DNA of 45,714 nt, taken from contig JACCTL010000061.1 of NCBI GenBank assembly GCA_013812395.1, positions 1 to 45,714 on the forward strand. Reading direction: 5' to 3'. This stretch comes from Euzebyaceae bacterium. Its GTDB lineage: Bacteria; Actinomycetota; Nitriliruptoria; Euzebyales; Egibacteraceae. Shown here piece by piece: positions 44,168-45,714 of this stretch. The position numbers and the translations under genes are program-made. The notes beneath the pieces are model-generated. The model ran no database searches. It was not told the DNA's origin and saw only the letters and a program-made list of their open reading frames with translations. Each line of letters opens with the position of its first letter. Position 1 is the stretch's first letter.

Positions 44168-45349
44168 ATGCTGGCGGTGGGAGTGACGTCGACGCTCGAG
44201 GCACGCATGCGACGGTTACGCCATGACCTGAACCACCTCATCAGCGCCGGGCTGTTCCTGGTTGCGGTGGCCGCGATCCTGACCGGCACGGTGGCGCATC
44301 TATGGGACCTCAACGATTTCTCGTGGCACACCTACTCCGGCTACGCCATGACGGCGTTCGCGCTGGCGCATGTCTGCCTGAACTGGCGCAAGATGGTTGC
44401 CTACGCGCGCTTCCGCTTCCGGCCAACCCCGACCCGCGGCCCCGCGCCCAGCAGGCAGACCGCCGCCAAGCCTGCGCCCGCCCTGCTCGCGGGGCCGCTC
44501 ACGCCCGCCGTCGTGGGGCGTGCGACAGGAACAGCCCTGCTGTCTCGTCGTGGTCTGCTCGGTCTCGGCGTTGGCGGCCTCGCCGGGGTGTTCGCCGGCC
44601 GCGGTTTGCGCCCGCCGCCGGTCATACCCGGCGGCGCCGACGTCGGTGTCGTGTATCACGAGTGGAGTAAGCCAGGGGTCCTTGACGCCATCGGTGCAGT
44701 GGCCGACTGGGGCGAGCGACCGCCGCAGTACAAGACCTACCCAGCGGCAGAGTCGATCGCGTTGCCGCCGCCAGCGGTCGACGGTGGCTTGCCGACCGAG
44801 GAGGCGATCGCCCGGCGGCATTCGACCCGCAACTACTCGGGCACGACCATGGGCCTCGACGAGTTGTCGCGGGTCTTGTGGTCCACCTGCGGCATGAATC
44901 ACGAGCGCGGCGGCTTGCGCAGCCATCCGTCCTCGGGGGCGCTGTACCCGATCGAGGTCTACCCCGTGGTGCACAACGTCGACGGTCTTGAGCCTGGGGT
45001 CTACCACTACGGGCTCCAGGATCATTCGCTGGCCAGCGTGCGCGCGGGTGATCTGCGCGCGGCGGTGGTCCGTCAGGGACTGATGCAGGAGTTCCTCGGC
45101 CAGGCCAACGTCGTGCTGGTGTTGACGGTGATCTTCCAGCGCATGCGGTTCAAATACCAGGACCGCAGCTACCGGTACGGCCTCATCGAGGCGGGCCACA
45201 TCGGGCAGAACACGTATCTCGCGGCGACCTCCATGGGGCTCGGCGCGTGCGCCGTCGGCGCCTTCATGGACGACGCAATCAACAAGATGCTCGACGTTGA
45301 CGGTCGCGACGAGGCCGCCGTCTACATGTTGAGCGTCGGCCGGGTCTGA
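44168..45349 (+). CDS. SagB/ThcOx-type nitroreductase-fold dehydrogenase fused to an N-terminal two-helix His-rich membrane module
   Basis: ATG 44168 follows GGGGGGGTGAGG. Two TM helices carry His residues (aa ~22-72). A Pro/Ala linker is followed by a Tat-like SRRGLLGLGVGGLAG at aa ~126. The nitroreductase core has RRHSTRNY, SSGALYPIE and GLIEAGHIGQN. Confidence 0.75.
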   Translation: MLAVGVTSTLEARMRRLRHDLNHLISAGLFLVAVAAILTGTVAHLWDLNDFSWHTYSGYAMTAFALAHVCLNWRKMVAYARFRFRPTPTRGPAPSRQTAAKPAPALLAGPLTPAVVGRATGTALLSRRGLLGLGVGGLAGVFAGRGLRPPPVIPGGADVGVVYHEWSKPGVLDAIGAVADWGERPPQYKTYPAAESIALPPPAVDGGLPTEEAIARRHSTRNYSGTTMGLDELSRVLWSTCGMNHERGGLRSHPSSGALYPIEVYPVVHNVDGLEPGVYHYGLQDHSLASVRAGDLRAAVVRQGLMQEFLGQANVVLVLTVIFQRMRFKYQDRSYRYGLIEAGHIGQNTYLAATSMGLGACAVGAFMDDAINKMLDVDGRDEAAVYMLSVGRV

Positions 45350-45442
45350 AGGCGCCAGGGGCGCAACGCCGGGAGTCTCAGGCGTACGGGCGCCTCCTGC
45401 CGGGTAGTGCTCGGACACGCCAACAACTGGAGGAAGCGACCG

Positions 45443-45643
45443 ATGTCTGTTGCCCGTGTCACCGAGATCAGCGCCACGTCAGACCAGAGCTTCGAGGATG
45501 CCATCCGGCAGGGCGTCCAGCGGGCGACCCAGACCCTGCGCAACGTCGAGGGCGCATGGATCAAGGAGCAAGAGGTCAGCATCTCCGACGGGAACATCAC
45601 CGCCTACAAAGTCGTCATGAAGATCACCTTCGTGCTCGAGTAG
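45443..45643 (+). CDS. dodecin family flavin-binding protein
   Basis: ATG 45443 follows GGAGGAAG. It reads MSVARVTEISATSDQSFEDAIRQGVQRATQTLRNVEGAWIKEQ.... Confidence 0.8.
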   Translation: MSVARVTEISATSDQSFEDAIRQGVQRATQTLRNVEGAWIKEQEVSISDGNITAYKVVMKITFVLE

Positions 45644-45661
45644 CGCGGCGGCGGAGTCGTC

Positions 45662-45714
45662 ATGCCACGCATCAGCCGAGAGCAGCTCCGCAAGGCGTTG
45701 GCGACCGTGGACTA
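45662..45714 (+). CDS. start of an unidentified CDS running off the window
   Basis: ATG 45662 gives MPRISREQLRKALATVD. Only 17 codons are visible. Confidence 0.25.
   Translation, partial: MPRISREQLRKALATVD

Noticed and set aside
1-45714. A search by eye of the intergenic regions for tRNA (including tRNA-Sec), rRNA, tmRNA, integrase/att sites, toxin-antitoxin pairs and defence-system genes.
   Set aside because: I recognised no T-loop/acceptor-type structures and none of the characteristic protein motifs. A tRNA/ncRNA scanner should confirm the negative.

Overview
This is a very GC-rich, gene-dense chromosomal segment that reads like a high-GC actinobacterium. Third codon positions are almost all G/C, 4-nt start/stop overlaps (GTGA/ATGA/TTGA) are frequent, and there are many long antisense shadow ORFs. 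I support about 50 CDS. I recognised no rRNA, tRNA, CRISPR array, transposase, integrase or phage gene.

The block from 11.2 to 18.0 kb matches the gene order I remember for Mycobacterium tuberculosis Rv1334-Rv1341: mec, cysO, cysM, murI, an MBL-fold hydrolase, rph and rdgB. There are two departures from that order:
- A selenophosphate synthetase gene (selD) is translationally coupled to mec. Its catalytic residue is encoded by an in-frame TGA (selenocysteine).
- A methyltransferase-like / APH-fold kinase gene pair sits between mec and cysO.

Other blocks in the window:
- two divergent DUF885 paralogs;
- two orphan sensor kinases, one of them in an HD-hydrolase / kinase / degenerate MalK-like ATPase / GNAT operon;
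- a secreted glycerophosphodiesterase;
- an Asp23/AmaP envelope-stress operon headed by a small J-domain protein;
- a 2Fe-2S/FAD/Moco molybdenum-hydroxylase operon;
- MFS transporters and methyltransferases;
- a MarR / APH-like divergent pair;
- a membrane protein-corA-kup operon;
- a signal-less family-5 solute-binding-like gene interrupted by one in-frame TGA;
- a membrane-anchored SagB/ThcOx-type flavoenzyme followed by a dodecin.

The non-coding signals most worth follow-up are these:
1. A 26-nt motif is present four times, as inverted pairs bracketing the hydroxylase operon.
2. A nested-palindrome element with mutually exclusive pairings occurs twice, at 2.5 kb and 44.1 kb, in the same orientation 5' of plus-strand genes.
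3. The window contains several short tandem duplications: two perfect (35 bp x2 and 39 bp x2), plus near-perfect 18 bp x4 and 12 bp x3 arrays and diverged duplications at gene 3' ends.

All family assignments come from motif recognition by eye and from memory, not from searches.
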